From Candidatus Limnocylindrales bacterium (GTDB taxonomy: Bacteria > Chloroflexota > Limnocylindria > Limnocylindrales > CSP1-4): a stretch of DNA of 64,000 bases. The notes beneath the pieces were generated by a model, which had not been told where the DNA came from, ran no database searches, and was given only the letters and a program-made list of their open reading frames with translations. A program made the translations under genes and the position numbers. Position 1 is the first letter of the stretch. The number at the start of each line of letters is the position of its first letter. The DNA lies in contig DATCPH010000232.1 in assembly GCA_036570185.1 (NCBI GenBank), positions 2,453-66,452 of the forward strand. Reading direction: 5' to 3'. Positions 36,342 through 45,811 of the stretch are shown here, one piece after another.

Positions 36342-37268
36342 CTAGGTGCCCGTCGAGCTCTCGGCTTTCTGGATCAGGCCCATCGCGTCACCGATCGGGA
36401 TCGCGAAGCCGATCCCCTCGGCCGTGGTCGCCGTTGCCGAGTTGACGCCGATTACGGCCCCCGAGGCGTCGAGGAGCGGCCCCCCGCTGTTGCCGGGGTT
36501 GATGGCAGCGTCCGTTTGGATGAGGTTTTTCAGTTGGACCCGTTGACGCGTTGCGGCGTCGCGGACCGTGATCGACCGGCCAAGTCCGGACACGATGCCG
36601 CTGGTCACGGTTTCGGTAAAGGTGCCGAGCGGACTGCCGATCGCGATCACCAGTTGACCCACCGCGAGCTTGGATGAGTCACCCAGCGTTGCCGGCTTCA
36701 ATCCGGTTGCCGTGACCTTGATGATCGCAAGATCGGCCGCCGTGTCCGACGTCACGACGCTGGCATCGAACTGCTGCCCGTCGGAGGTCTCGACCGTCAA
36801 CGAACTGCTGCCCGCAACGACGTGGGCGTTGGTCAGGATGAGTCCGCCGGCGGTCAGGATGATGCCCGATCCGACGCCGGTGCTCGGGACCGAGAACGGC
36901 GACAGGTTCGATGTGCCCTGCGAGGTGATCGTGACGACCGAGGGGTCTGCCTCGGCGGCGACCGCCTCGATTGCGGTCTGCTGGTCCTCGGGAGCGAGGG
37001 ATTGGGCCGCCGTCGTCTCTCGGCCGCTCGGCGGCTGCGCCGTTGCTGTCGCCGAGGTGATGTTCGCCGGCCTGACCAGCAGGAAGGCCGTCGCCCCAGA
37101 TGCGAGAGCCGCCGACAGCAGGGCCGTTACGAGAATCACCGGGACCGATGCCTGACGCGGCCGACGCGTCGGAGGCTCCAGCGGTTGCGCGGGCTGCTGC
37201 CTCTCGTCCATGTCCATGGTCATGGAATACGCTGGGCACCTGAAAGCCCGCTGAGAATGTCTTTGCAC
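36342..37268 (-). CDS. Membrane-anchored trypsin-like serine protease (HtrA/S1C-type, no PDZ domain)
   Basis: TM anchor VPVILVTALLSAALASGATAFLLV. Catalytic triad context TNAHVV, DLAIIKV and GNSGGPLLD. Confidence 0.8.
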   Translation of the reverse strand: MQRHSQRAFRCPAYSMTMDMDERQQPAQPLEPPTRRPRQASVPVILVTALLSAALASGATAFLLVRPANITSATATAQPPSGRETTAAQSLAPEDQQTAIEAVAAEADPSVVTITSQGTSNLSPFSVPSTGVGSGIILTAGGLILTNAHVVAGSSSLTVETSDGQQFDASVVTSDTAADLAIIKVTATGLKPATLGDSSKLAVGQLVIAIGSPLGTFTETVTSGIVSGLGRSITVRDAATRQRVQLKNLIQTDAAINPGNSGGPLLDASGAVIGVNSATATTAEGIGFAIPIGDAMGLIQKAESSTGT

Positions 37269-37373
37269 CGGCCTATCGAACGACGAAAATCGAGCGAGCC
37301 ACCAGGCAAGCGGGTAGTTCGGCCGCTATCGTGGCGCGGTGCATGAGGATCTGAGTCTGGCCGTCCGTGCGTC

Positions 37374-38045
37374 ATGCCGCGGGAATCACTCGTGACCGCG
37401 GCAGAGCTCGATCTCGCCCCGGCCGTCGCGGTCGTGTCCGCGGCCGATCCGGTGATGGGGGAGTTCATCCGTCGCGCGGGTCCCTATGAGGAGCGTGCCG
37501 GTTACGGCGACTACTTCGGCTCGCTGGCGCGCGCGATCGTTTTCCAGCAGCTCGCCGGACGCGCCGCCGCCGCGATCCACGGGCGAGTCGTGGCCGCCGT
37601 GGGTGGCCGTATGACCCCGGAAGCGATTCTGGCGACGACACCCGAAACGCTCCGTGCGGCTGGACTCTCAGGTGCGAAGACCGCCTCGCTCATCGACCTG
37701 GCGACGCACGTCATCGACGGAACCGTCCCGCTCGAAGGCCTCGCGGCTCTGGACGATGAGGAGATCATCGCCCGCCTCATCGAGGTCCGGGGTGTCGGAA
37801 GGTGGACCGCCGAGATGTTCCTGATGTTCGAGTTGCGCCGGCCGGATGTCTGGCCGGTCGAGGACTACGGCGTGCGCAACGGCTACAGCCTGATCCACTC
37901 ACTCCCCGAGATCATCAAGCCTCACGCCCTGCGCGAGGCCGGCGAGCCATTCCGCCCATTCCGGAGTTTCGTCGCGCTCTATTGCTGGCATGCAGTCCAC
38001 ATCGCTCGGGGCCAGATCGTGTTGCCGGCCGCGACAGAAGGCTGA
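37374..38045 (+). CDS. alkA: DNA-3-methyladenine glycosylase II (HhH-GPD family)
   Basis: HhH-GPD motif region IARLIEVRGVGRWTAEMFLMFELRRPDVWPVEDYGVRNG, with the catalytic Asp in VEDYG. Confidence 0.8.
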   Translation: MPRESLVTAAELDLAPAVAVVSAADPVMGEFIRRAGPYEERAGYGDYFGSLARAIVFQQLAGRAAAAIHGRVVAAVGGRMTPEAILATTPETLRAAGLSGAKTASLIDLATHVIDGTVPLEGLAALDDEEIIARLIEVRGVGRWTAEMFLMFELRRPDVWPVEDYGVRNGYSLIHSLPEIIKPHALREAGEPFRPFRSFVALYCWHAVHIARGQIVLPAATEG

Positions 38046-38095
38046 GCGTCCGTCCGGGCTTCGCCGACGTTTACGTAGCCGGGAATCCCGTCGCT

Positions 38096-38410
38096 TCAGC
38101 TCTCGGGGACGATCGGCTCCAGGTCGATCGTGCGAACCCGGCGTGTGTGGCCTGAGTCGGTGCGAACCATTGCCGACGGAATCACACCTGGCGCCAATGA
38201 AACGATGACGGCAGCCTCGCCGCTGTAGAGCCCGGTGTTGCCGATTCGGACGCGGCTCCCGACCGCCAGACCCTTCCGTCCGGCTCGGGCTGTGATGTCG
38301 ATCGCGACAACACCGGTCCGTACGAATGTCGGGTCAGCCGGTCCGCCGACGACGCCCGGCGGTCGGCGGCTCGTGAGTGCCACCGGATAGGTGACTTTTC
38401 GCCTGCGCAC
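38096..38410 (-). CDS. Hypothetical small protein (104 aa)
   Basis: GTG start directly abutting the upstream gene stop. High GC3. No recognized domain. Confidence 0.5.
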   Translation of the reverse strand: MRRRKVTYPVALTSRRPPGVVGGPADPTFVRTGVVAIDITARAGRKGLAVGSRVRIGNTGLYSGEAAVIVSLAPGVIPSAMVRTDSGHTRRVRTIDLEPIVPES

Positions 38411-38965
38411 TTAATAGGACCGTCGCGAGCGCGGCTCTTCCTTGGGGGGACGCGGCTCGTGGCCCGGTCGGGGCGGGCGTGGCTGGGTGCCGGGGGCCAT
38501 GTCGGGCCGTCGCGGCTCCGGGCCGCGTGCGCGGGCCGCCTCCACGGTCGAGGCAAATGCCCCGGCGCGATCGGCCGGAAGGCTTCGCAGCCACGCGCTT
38601 TCGATCTCCTTCACGCGCTCGGACTCGCCGATGCGGCGATCGCGCTCGTGCCTTGAGTGTTTCGTCATTCGAACCTCGCTTCGCGTCCGCACCCTCAGCG
38701 GGCGCTCGACGAGGTCATTGTGACCGGGTGGCGCAATCTCGTATCGGACTACTTGGTCGCCTGGATGTCCTCGCTCAAGCTCCCGCTCGGCGGTAGCCTT
38801 GGCATGATGGCTCGAGCTGAGTCGCTCGACCCGCTCCGATAGCTCCTGAACGCGCGGATCTTCCGGGTCAAGCCCCGCTTTCTCTTCCTCGAGGCCTTTC
38901 ACCTGCTCGGCATCGCCGCGGATCGACTCTTCGGTGGCCTGAAAATCCTCCTGCGAATCGGGCAT
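38411..38965 (-). CDS. Hypothetical highly charged (Glu/Arg-rich, likely disordered or coiled-coil) protein
   Basis: Start chosen at ATG 38965 (MPDSQEDFQATEES...). The track start 39055 is an upstream GTG that overlaps the preceding gene even further. C-terminal Pro/Arg-rich tail. Confidence 0.45.
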   Translation of the reverse strand: MPDSQEDFQATEESIRGDAEQVKGLEEEKAGLDPEDPRVQELSERVERLSSSHHAKATAERELERGHPGDQVVRYEIAPPGHNDLVERPLRVRTRSEVRMTKHSRHERDRRIGESERVKEIESAWLRSLPADRAGAFASTVEAARARGPEPRRPDMAPGTQPRPPRPGHEPRPPKEEPRSRRSY

Positions 38966-39212
38966 CCTGCTCCTGCGCTCCTGGCTTCGCGACAGTCGTC
39001 CTGGTATCGATCCAGTGTCCGTCGCGATAGACGTACCAGACGAGGATCGGCTCACCGACCAGCTCTCGAGCGTGGACGACGGCTTGCGGATAGAGACCCT
39101 TGAGCCGCCGTTCGAGCTCGTCGGTCGATGCTGCGCCGTGGTCGACGACCATCCTGGCGAACTCGCTGAAGACGCGATCGGCAGCCGGGTTCACCACGAG
39201 GGTCGGGCTCAT
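38868..39212 (-). CDS. Hypothetical protein (MSPTLVVNPAADRVFSEFARMVVDHG...WYVYRDGHWID)
   Basis: Very high GC3 over the first about 75 codons. The last about 35 codons have poor codon usage and overlap the next gene out of frame by about 98 nt. Confidence 0.45.
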   Translation of the reverse strand: MSPTLVVNPAADRVFSEFARMVVDHGAASTDELERRLKGLYPQAVVHARELVGEPILVWYVYRDGHWIDTRTTVAKPGAQEQDARFAGGFSGHRRVDPRRCRAGERPRGRESGA

Positions 39213-39396
39213 CGTTTCACGCTTCAAGGACTGAGTATTCTCGGTCGGGCTCAGTCACTGGTCGAACAGAATGCAGCGGGGCCTCGCAGGGCCGTTGCAT
39301 TTTCCGAGGTTCGAGACTACCTAGGGTGAGCGCCGGCTACGTCGGCAGGCCCTTTGCGGCAATCGGCCGGCAGACGACCACTTCGGGCGGTCCTGC

Positions 39397-40356
39397 TTGG
39401 AGCGCCGCCAGCCGATCGCCCAGAAGGACCGTTGCCACCTGGTCCTCGGCGGTCAGGCTCGCGAGATCCGCATGGAGCTCGTAGAACCCGGCTACCAGTT
39501 CGTGGGCCAGCAGATCGACATCGTGTCCACGGTCGGAACGTCATCCAGCAACCCCCTGACGATCGTCTTCACGATCGACGGCAGTGCACTTCTCGACGCA
39601 ACAGGCTTCAGCCAACCACCACCCGAGAGCATCGCTGTCACCCGGGCCGAGGTCACCGGCCCCGTCGTCATCCCGAGCTGCGCGAGCACCGGGCCACCGA
39701 TCGTCCCCGACCCGTGCGTCGCAGACCGGCACTACGTCAGTGGCGACCTCCAGATCACGATCCTGACCGGCTCGGCCAGCCACTGGAACACCGCCGTCAA
39801 GGTCGTCGGGGTAACTGTCGCCAACAGCGGCTACAGCCCCCAGGGTGTGACCGTGGGGCAGGGCGGGATCGTCCTCTGGACCTTCGCCGGTACGAAGCCC
39901 CACAGCGTCACCGAGAACCTCAAGCTCGGTCCCGCCAAGGCCCCCCTATTCGGCTCGGGGGTCCTGACCAGCGGTCGCTACGGGTACCTCTTCCAGGCGG
40001 CCGGGACGTACACCTACGGCTCGACGGTCAAGGGCGATCCCGGCAGCTTCGTGGGCTCGATCGCGGTCCCGGTTCGTATCAGCCCGGTGAGCGGCGGGAC
40101 GGCAACGTCGTTCACAGTGACCTGGTCAGCCTCGACCCTGAGCGGCTACGTCTTCGACGTCCAGTACCGCTTCATGCGAGCAGGAGCGAAGAGCTGGTCG
40201 CCCTACAAGCTCTGGCAGAACGGCGCGTCGGCCGCGAGCGGCGTGTTCAGCCCGCCCTCGGGCGCCGGGACGTACGCGTTCAGCGCCCGCCTTCGCAGCT
40301 CGACCACCGCGATGGCGTCGCTCTGGTCTCCCGAGACCAGCATCGCCGTGCATTGA
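39397..40356 (+). CDS. Cupredoxin-like beta-sandwich + fibronectin type III domain protein; no signal peptide with the only available start (TTG)
   Basis: High GC3 throughout. Middle domain GVTVGQGGIVLWTFAGTKPHSVTEN...GTYTYGSTVKGD is plastocyanin-like but lacks a Cys ligand. C-terminal FN3-like SFTVTWSAS...YVFDVQYRF...WSPYKLW. A stop lies 9 codons upstream of the TTG. Confidence 0.5.
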   Translation: MERRQPIAQKDRCHLVLGGQAREIRMELVEPGYQFVGQQIDIVSTVGTSSSNPLTIVFTIDGSALLDATGFSQPPPESIAVTRAEVTGPVVIPSCASTGPPIVPDPCVADRHYVSGDLQITILTGSASHWNTAVKVVGVTVANSGYSPQGVTVGQGGIVLWTFAGTKPHSVTENLKLGPAKAPLFGSGVLTSGRYGYLFQAAGTYTYGSTVKGDPGSFVGSIAVPVRISPVSGGTATSFTVTWSASTLSGYVFDVQYRFMRAGAKSWSPYKLWQNGASAASGVFSPPSGAGTYAFSARLRSSTTAMASLWSPETSIAVH

Positions 40357-40487
40357 CGCTCTGGGTTTCGAACGGAACGCCAGGACTCGTAGACCCCGGT
40401 CCATCACGTTCCATCGTCCCGGCGCGCCGCCCCGAGCGGCTCCTCCTTTGACCCGAGGCCTCGCGCGGCTCAGTCTTCGCGCAACCG

Positions 40488-42218
40488 ATGAGGCTGACTG
40501 CATCCGGATGGGGGCGTAATCGATTGGCCTCGTCGTCGACCGGGGAACAGATCGCGGTCCAGTACTGGGAGGCGCTGCTCCCGATGCGATCGTTCCGCGC
40601 GACGGAAATCGGTGATGAGCGGTACGACGACCGCCTTGAGGACCCGACCACCGCAGGGCGTTCCGCCCGCACCAGGCTCGCGGCGGAGACAGTCGCCGAT
40701 CTCGATCGACTCGGGCATGAACGTGTGGCTGGGCTCGAAGGCGAAATCGAAGACGCGGTCACCGCAGACGTGCTCCGGTTCCTCTGCGAGGTTGAGCTCG
40801 AAACGGTCGCGACCGAACGTTGGCGACTCGAGTCGATCGATCACATGGACAGGGGTCCGGCGGTCGCCCTCGTCATGCTGGCTCAGGCCCAATGGGCGGA
40901 CACCCCCGAGCGGCTCGACCGATGGCTGGCCCGTCTGGCGGCGTATCCACGGTACATCGAGGGACCTATCGAACAGATCAACGAGGCGCGCGGACTCGGA
41001 ATCTTGCCCTCCAAGATCGTCGCCCAGCGTGTCCTCGACCAGCTGGACGGCTTGCTCGCCGAGCCCGCTGTGAGCACGGTCTTCGTCACGGCACCGCCGG
41101 TTGCCGATCCGGCTGATCGCGAGCGGATCGCGGTCGCCGTCGCTGCCAATGTCCAACCCTCGCTCGCGCGCTTCCGCGACGTGATCCACGGCCTTCTGTC
41201 AGAGGCTCGGACAGAGCCCGGCCTGTGGGCCGTGCCGGGCGGAGACCGGATGTACCTGAGTGCGGTGCGCGAGTGGACGACTGTGCAGATCGATCCAGAA
41301 GAGCTCCATCGCTCAGGTCGCGACGACCTTGAGCAGATTGAGCGCGAGCGACAGTTGATCGCGCGAGGGGCCGGTCATGGCGCCGACACCGCTGCTTATC
41401 GGCGATCGTTGGCGGCGGATCCAATCAATATCCCGACATCTGCGGATGCGCTGCTCGGGCGGATGGAGGCGGATATCGCGCGGGCACAGGCCGCTGCGCC
41501 GAAGTGGTTCGGTCGCCTTCCACGCGCCGGGTGCGAGGTCCAACCGCTCGCAGATGCGATCGCTGGCGGCTCGCCTGGCTACTTCCTTTCGGCGACCCCA
41601 GACGGCGCTCGGCCGGGGGTCTTCTACATGAACACGAGCGATCTTCCGAGCCGGCTCTTCAGCCGGAGCGCCACCACGATCTACCACGAGACCGTCCCCG
41701 GGCATCATCTCCAGATCGGGCTTCAGAACGAACACCCGAGCCTGTCCCCATTCCGCCGCCTCGGGGCCGACCTTTGCGCTGGTGCCTTCGTCGAAGGCTG
41801 GGGACTCTACGCCGAGCGACTGGCTGATGAGATGGGACTCTTCCGCACCGACGGGGAGCGGTTTGGGATGCTCGATGCCCAGGCCTGGCGAGCCGCGCGG
41901 CTCGTCATCGATACGGGTCTCCATGCATTTGGATGGGACCGGGAGCGTGCCGTCGATGAGCTCGTCGGCGCAACTGGTTTCGAGCGCGTCGACGCTGAGA
42001 TCGAGGTCGACCGGTACGTCGCGATCCCGGGACAGGCGCTCGCCTACAAAGTGGGGCAGCGCGAGATCGAGCGGCTCAGGGCTGGTGGGTCAGCGACAGC
42101 CGAGGCGGCAGGCCGATCGTTCGACCTCCGCCACTTCCACGACGAACTTCTCGGCCACGGCGCCCTGCCTCTCAGTGTCCTGGGCGCCCGGCTCCCTGGG
42201 TGGCTCGGCGAAAGTTGA
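40488..42218 (+). CDS. DUF885 family protein (putative metallopeptidase-like, HExxH-type motif)
   Basis: The family-typical motif YHETVPGHHLQ and downstream EGWGLYAE are present. 576 aa. No signal peptide. Confidence 0.8.
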   Translation: MRLTASGWGRNRLASSSTGEQIAVQYWEALLPMRSFRATEIGDERYDDRLEDPTTAGRSARTRLAAETVADLDRLGHERVAGLEGEIEDAVTADVLRFLCEVELETVATERWRLESIDHMDRGPAVALVMLAQAQWADTPERLDRWLARLAAYPRYIEGPIEQINEARGLGILPSKIVAQRVLDQLDGLLAEPAVSTVFVTAPPVADPADRERIAVAVAANVQPSLARFRDVIHGLLSEARTEPGLWAVPGGDRMYLSAVREWTTVQIDPEELHRSGRDDLEQIERERQLIARGAGHGADTAAYRRSLAADPINIPTSADALLGRMEADIARAQAAAPKWFGRLPRAGCEVQPLADAIAGGSPGYFLSATPDGARPGVFYMNTSDLPSRLFSRSATTIYHETVPGHHLQIGLQNEHPSLSPFRRLGADLCAGAFVEGWGLYAERLADEMGLFRTDGERFGMLDAQAWRAARLVIDTGLHAFGWDRERAVDELVGATGFERVDAEIEVDRYVAIPGQALAYKVGQREIERLRAGGSATAEAAGRSFDLRHFHDELLGHGALPLSVLGARLPGWLGES

Positions 42219-42267
42219 TCTCAGCCCGTCATGACCTTGTCATCGAGAGTCCGATGCGCCATGTCGC

Positions 42268-43713
42268 TCAGGCACCCCGCCGGGACAAGGACGTCCTGGG
42301 CTCGTAACGGCGGATGTCCTGCGTCTGGCGCACGAGGGCCCGTAACGTCTCGAGGTCGCCCGACAGGAGCCCGCGGGCCCGCGCCTGGATCAGCACGTTG
42401 CCGAGGGCGGTCGCCTCGACCGGTCCGGCGATCACGGGGACCTCGCATGCATCGGCCGTCAGTTGGCAGAGGAGCGTGTTTCGACTGCCACCACCGACGA
42501 GGTGGACGACGTCGACCGACTGACCCGACAGCCGCGCGGCGTCGCGGACCGTTCGCCCGTAGGCCGCAGCGAGGCTGTCGAGGATGCATCGCACCAACCC
42601 GGCTCGCGTTTCCGGCGGCGGCCGGTCGAGCCTCAGGCACGCCGCCGCGATCCGGGCCGGCATGTCGCCCGTCGGCAGGAATGACGGATCGTCAGGGTCG
42701 ATCACGGGTCCGCCTGCCGGGAGCTCGCCGGCGGCGATGAGCAGGCCCGGAAGCTGTTCCGGACTGCCATCGAGCTCCCAGGTCCTGAGCGACTCCTGGA
42801 GAAGCCACAGGCCCATCACGTTGCGCAGGTAGCGGATCCGGTCGTCGACGCCGCCCTCGTTGGTGAAATTCGCCTCGCGACTCTCATTGGTGAGGATCGC
42901 ATGATCCACCTCGACGCCGACCAGCGACCAGGTGCCGCAGGCGATGTACGCGAACGACGCGTCGCCCGCGGGCACGCCGACGACGGCGGAGGCGGTGTCG
43001 TGAGAACCGACGAGCGTCAGCAACGTCTCCGCGGACGCACCGGTTTCCGCGCGGACCTCGTCCCGCAATGGGCCAATCACGTCGCCGGGGACGCCCAGGG
43101 GCGGGAACAGCGAGGGCGGAATGCCCAGCGCGGAGATCAGCTCCACGTCCCACGTTCGTCGATGGACGTCGAGCAGCGCCGTCGTCGATGCGTTCGTGAC
43201 CTCCGCGACCCGCACGCCCGAGAGCCAATGGCCCAGGAGATCGGGGATGAGCAGCATCGTCCGGGCCAGCGCGAACAGCGACGTCCCCCGTGCCGAAGCA
43301 AGCTGGTAGATCGTGTTGAAGGGCAGGAACTGGAGGCCAGTCCGCGCATAGAGGTCGGCGGTCGGCACGATCCGGTGGACCGCGTCCACGGCGGCAGCCG
43401 TCCGGGTGTCGCGGTAGTGATACGGATCGCCGAGCAGCGTCCCAGACTCATCGAGCAGGCCGTAGTCGACCCCCCACGAGTCGACGCCAATGCTGAGCAG
43501 CTCGTTGGCGGCCCGCGTCGCCTGGCGCAGGCCCGCCAGGACCTCCCGGTAGAGACGCAGGATGTCCCAGTGGAGGCCGTCCGGGAGGCGGACCGGGTCG
43601 TTCGAGAATCGATGGACCTCGGTCAGCTCCAGCTCGTTCGGTGCGACCCGTCCCACCATGACCCTGCCGCTCGATGCGCCGAGGTCGACAGCCGCGACGA
43701 GTCGCCCCGTCAA
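42268..43713 (-). CDS. rhaB: Rhamnulokinase (FGGY carbohydrate kinase)
   Basis: FGGY N- and C-terminal domains (AAVDLGASSGRVMVG, GGGSRNTLLCQLTADA). ATGA-coupled to the upstream aldolase/dehydrogenase gene. Confidence 0.85.
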   Translation of the reverse strand: MTGRLVAAVDLGASSGRVMVGRVAPNELELTEVHRFSNDPVRLPDGLHWDILRLYREVLAGLRQATRAANELLSIGVDSWGVDYGLLDESGTLLGDPYHYRDTRTAAAVDAVHRIVPTADLYARTGLQFLPFNTIYQLASARGTSLFALARTMLLIPDLLGHWLSGVRVAEVTNASTTALLDVHRRTWDVELISALGIPPSLFPPLGVPGDVIGPLRDEVRAETGASAETLLTLVGSHDTASAVVGVPAGDASFAYIACGTWSLVGVEVDHAILTNESREANFTNEGGVDDRIRYLRNVMGLWLLQESLRTWELDGSPEQLPGLLIAAGELPAGGPVIDPDDPSFLPTGDMPARIAAACLRLDRPPPETRAGLVRCILDSLAAAYGRTVRDAARLSGQSVDVVHLVGGGSRNTLLCQLTADACEVPVIAGPVEATALGNVLIQARARGLLSGDLETLRALVRQTQDIRRYEPRTSLSRRGA

Positions 43714-45755
43714 CGGAGAAACGCTGCTGCGACGCCTGCGTCGACCGGGATGTGGAGACCGGTGGTCTGGCTGAGGTCTCCGCCGGCCAGCGCGAAGACG
43801 GCGGCGGCCACGTGCTCGGGCAGGACCTCACGCTTGAGCAGCGTCCGCTGCGCGTAGAACTCGCCCAGCTTGTCCTCCGGGATCCCGTATGTCCGGGCCC
43901 GGTCGGCCCCCCAGCCCTTGGCGAAGATCCCGGAACCGCGCACGACTCCATCGGGATTCACGCCGTTCACCCGGATCCCGTATTGACCGAGCTCAGCCGC
44001 GAGCAGCCGAACCTGGTGGGCCTGGTCCGCCTTGGCTGCGCCGTAGGCGACGTTGTTGGGTCCGGCGAAGAGCGCGTTCTTGCTGACGATGTAGATGAGG
44101 TCGCCACCCATCGCCTGGTCGATCAGGATCCGGGTCGCCTCACGCGAGACGAGGAACGAGCCGCGGGCCATCACGTCGTGCTGGAGGTCCCAGTCGCGCA
44201 AGGTCGTCTCGAGAAGCGGCTTGGAGATCGACAGCCCGGCATTGTTGACGACGAGGTCGACGCCGCCGAAGGCCAGCACGGCCCTCCTGAACGCCTCCCC
44301 GACCTGGGCCTCATCGGTGACGTCGGCGGTCACGCTGACCGCGACATCCATTCCCCCCAGCTCGCGCGCCACGGCCTCGGCACTCGCGGGATCGATGTCC
44401 GCGAGCACGACGCAGGCGCCCTCGGCGGCGAGCCGATGGGCGATCGCCTTGCCGATTCCCGATCCGGCCCCGGTGACGAATGCGACCCTCGCGGCGAGTG
44501 GCTTCGCCGGCGGCATCCTCGACAGCTTTGCTTCCTCGAGCGCCCAGTACTCGACCCGGAACTTCTCAGATTCGGCAATCGGAGCGTACGTTGACAGGGC
44601 CTCCGCGCCGCGCATCACGTTGATCGCGTTGACGTAGAACTCACCGGCGACCCGGGCCGTCTGCTTGTTGGCCCCGAACGAGAACATGCCGACCCCAGGC
44701 ACGAGGACGATCGCCGGATCCGCCCCGCGCATCGGCGGGCTATCGGACGTCGCATGACGCTCGTAGTAGAGGCGATAGTCTGCCCGGTACGCTTCGTGCA
44801 GCTCCCGAAGACGGGTCACGACCGTGGCCAGATCGGCGGTCCCTGGAAGGTCGAGGACCATGGGCCGGACCTTCGTCCGCAGCAAGTGATCCGGACACGA
44901 CGTCCCCAGCGCGGCGAGCCGTGGGTGCTCGGCCCGAGCGACGAAATCGAGGACGACATCGCTGTCCGTGTAGTGGCCGACGATCGACCGGTCTGTCGAC
45001 GCGAGGCCGCGCAGGAGTGGAAACAACGCCGTAGCCCGGGCGTGGCGTTCGGGCTCGGGGAGCGGCTCGAAGCCGTCGATCTGGGGTCCGAACGGGTCGG
45101 GCCGGCCCTCCTCTGCGATGAAACGTTCCGCGGTCCGGATGATCTCGAGTGATCGTGCCTCGCACTCCTCGGACGTGTCGCCCCACGCAGTGATCCCGTG
45201 TCCCCCGAGGATCGCGCCGATCGCCCCGGGGCGATCGCGACGCACCGCGGCCATGTCGAGTCCCAGCTGGAAACCGGGCCGGCGCCAGTCGACCCACGCC
45301 ACGCGTTCGCCGAAGCAGCGGCGCGTCAGGGCCTCGCCGTCAGCCGAGGTCGCCAGGGCGATTCCTGAATCCGGGTGGAGGTGGTCGACGTGATCGGCCT
45401 CGATCAGCCCGTGCATCGCCGTGTCGATCGACGGCGCGGCGCCGCCGCGACCATGAAGGCAGTAGTCGAAGGCCGCGACCATCTCGTCTTCGCGGTCGAC
45501 GCCCGGGTACACGTTCACCAGCGCGCGCAGCCGGTCGAGCCGAAGGACGCCCAGCCCGGCCTCGGTCAACGTGCCAAGATCGCCGCCGGAGCCTTTGACC
45601 CACAGCAATTCGACCGGCCGCCCTGTCGCCGGATCGATCCCGATCCCCTTGGCCGAGGTATTCCCCCCGGCGTAGTTGGTGTTCCGAGGGTCCGACCCGA
45701 GTCGGTTCGAGCGCTCCAAGAGCGCAGCAACTGTCGGATTCGTGTCTGGGGTCAT
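43710..45755 (-). CDS. Bifunctional rhamnulose-1-phosphate aldolase / short-chain dehydrogenase (RhaEW-type)
   Basis: N-terminal class II aldolase/adducin domain (NTNYAGGNTSAKG). C-terminal SDR with TGAGSGIGKAIAHRLAAEGA and the Y-x3-K catalytic pair. Start at ATG 45755 (MTPDTNPTVAALLERSN). The track start 45824 would overlap rhaI. Confidence 0.85.
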   Translation of the reverse strand: MTPDTNPTVAALLERSNRLGSDPRNTNYAGGNTSAKGIGIDPATGRPVELLWVKGSGGDLGTLTEAGLGVLRLDRLRALVNVYPGVDREDEMVAAFDYCLHGRGGAAPSIDTAMHGLIEADHVDHLHPDSGIALATSADGEALTRRCFGERVAWVDWRRPGFQLGLDMAAVRRDRPGAIGAILGGHGITAWGDTSEECEARSLEIIRTAERFIAEEGRPDPFGPQIDGFEPLPEPERHARATALFPLLRGLASTDRSIVGHYTDSDVVLDFVARAEHPRLAALGTSCPDHLLRTKVRPMVLDLPGTADLATVVTRLRELHEAYRADYRLYYERHATSDSPPMRGADPAIVLVPGVGMFSFGANKQTARVAGEFYVNAINVMRGAEALSTYAPIAESEKFRVEYWALEEAKLSRMPPAKPLAARVAFVTGAGSGIGKAIAHRLAAEGACVVLADIDPASAEAVARELGGMDVAVSVTADVTDEAQVGEAFRRAVLAFGGVDLVVNNAGLSISKPLLETTLRDWDLQHDVMARGSFLVSREATRILIDQAMGGDLIYIVSKNALFAGPNNVAYGAAKADQAHQVRLLAAELGQYGIRVNGVNPDGVVRGSGIFAKGWGADRARTYGIPEDKLGEFYAQRTLLKREVLPEHVAAAVFALAGGDLSQTTGLHIPVDAGVAAAFLR

Positions 45756-45811
45756 TGCGTTCTTTCGCCGTTTCGTCGCCAGTTTCCCCGGCCTGGCCGC
45801 CGGTTCGACGC

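Noticed and set aside
39015-39329. 104-aa plus-strand ORF antisense to the 38868..39212 gene
   Set aside because: Codon usage decays after about 40 codons. The minus-strand frame has stronger GC3 and a more protein-like sequence.
39354-40451. 365-aa ORF overlapping the cupredoxin-like gene
   Set aside because: Off-frame Arg-rich translation. The 39397 frame has coherent domains and high GC3.
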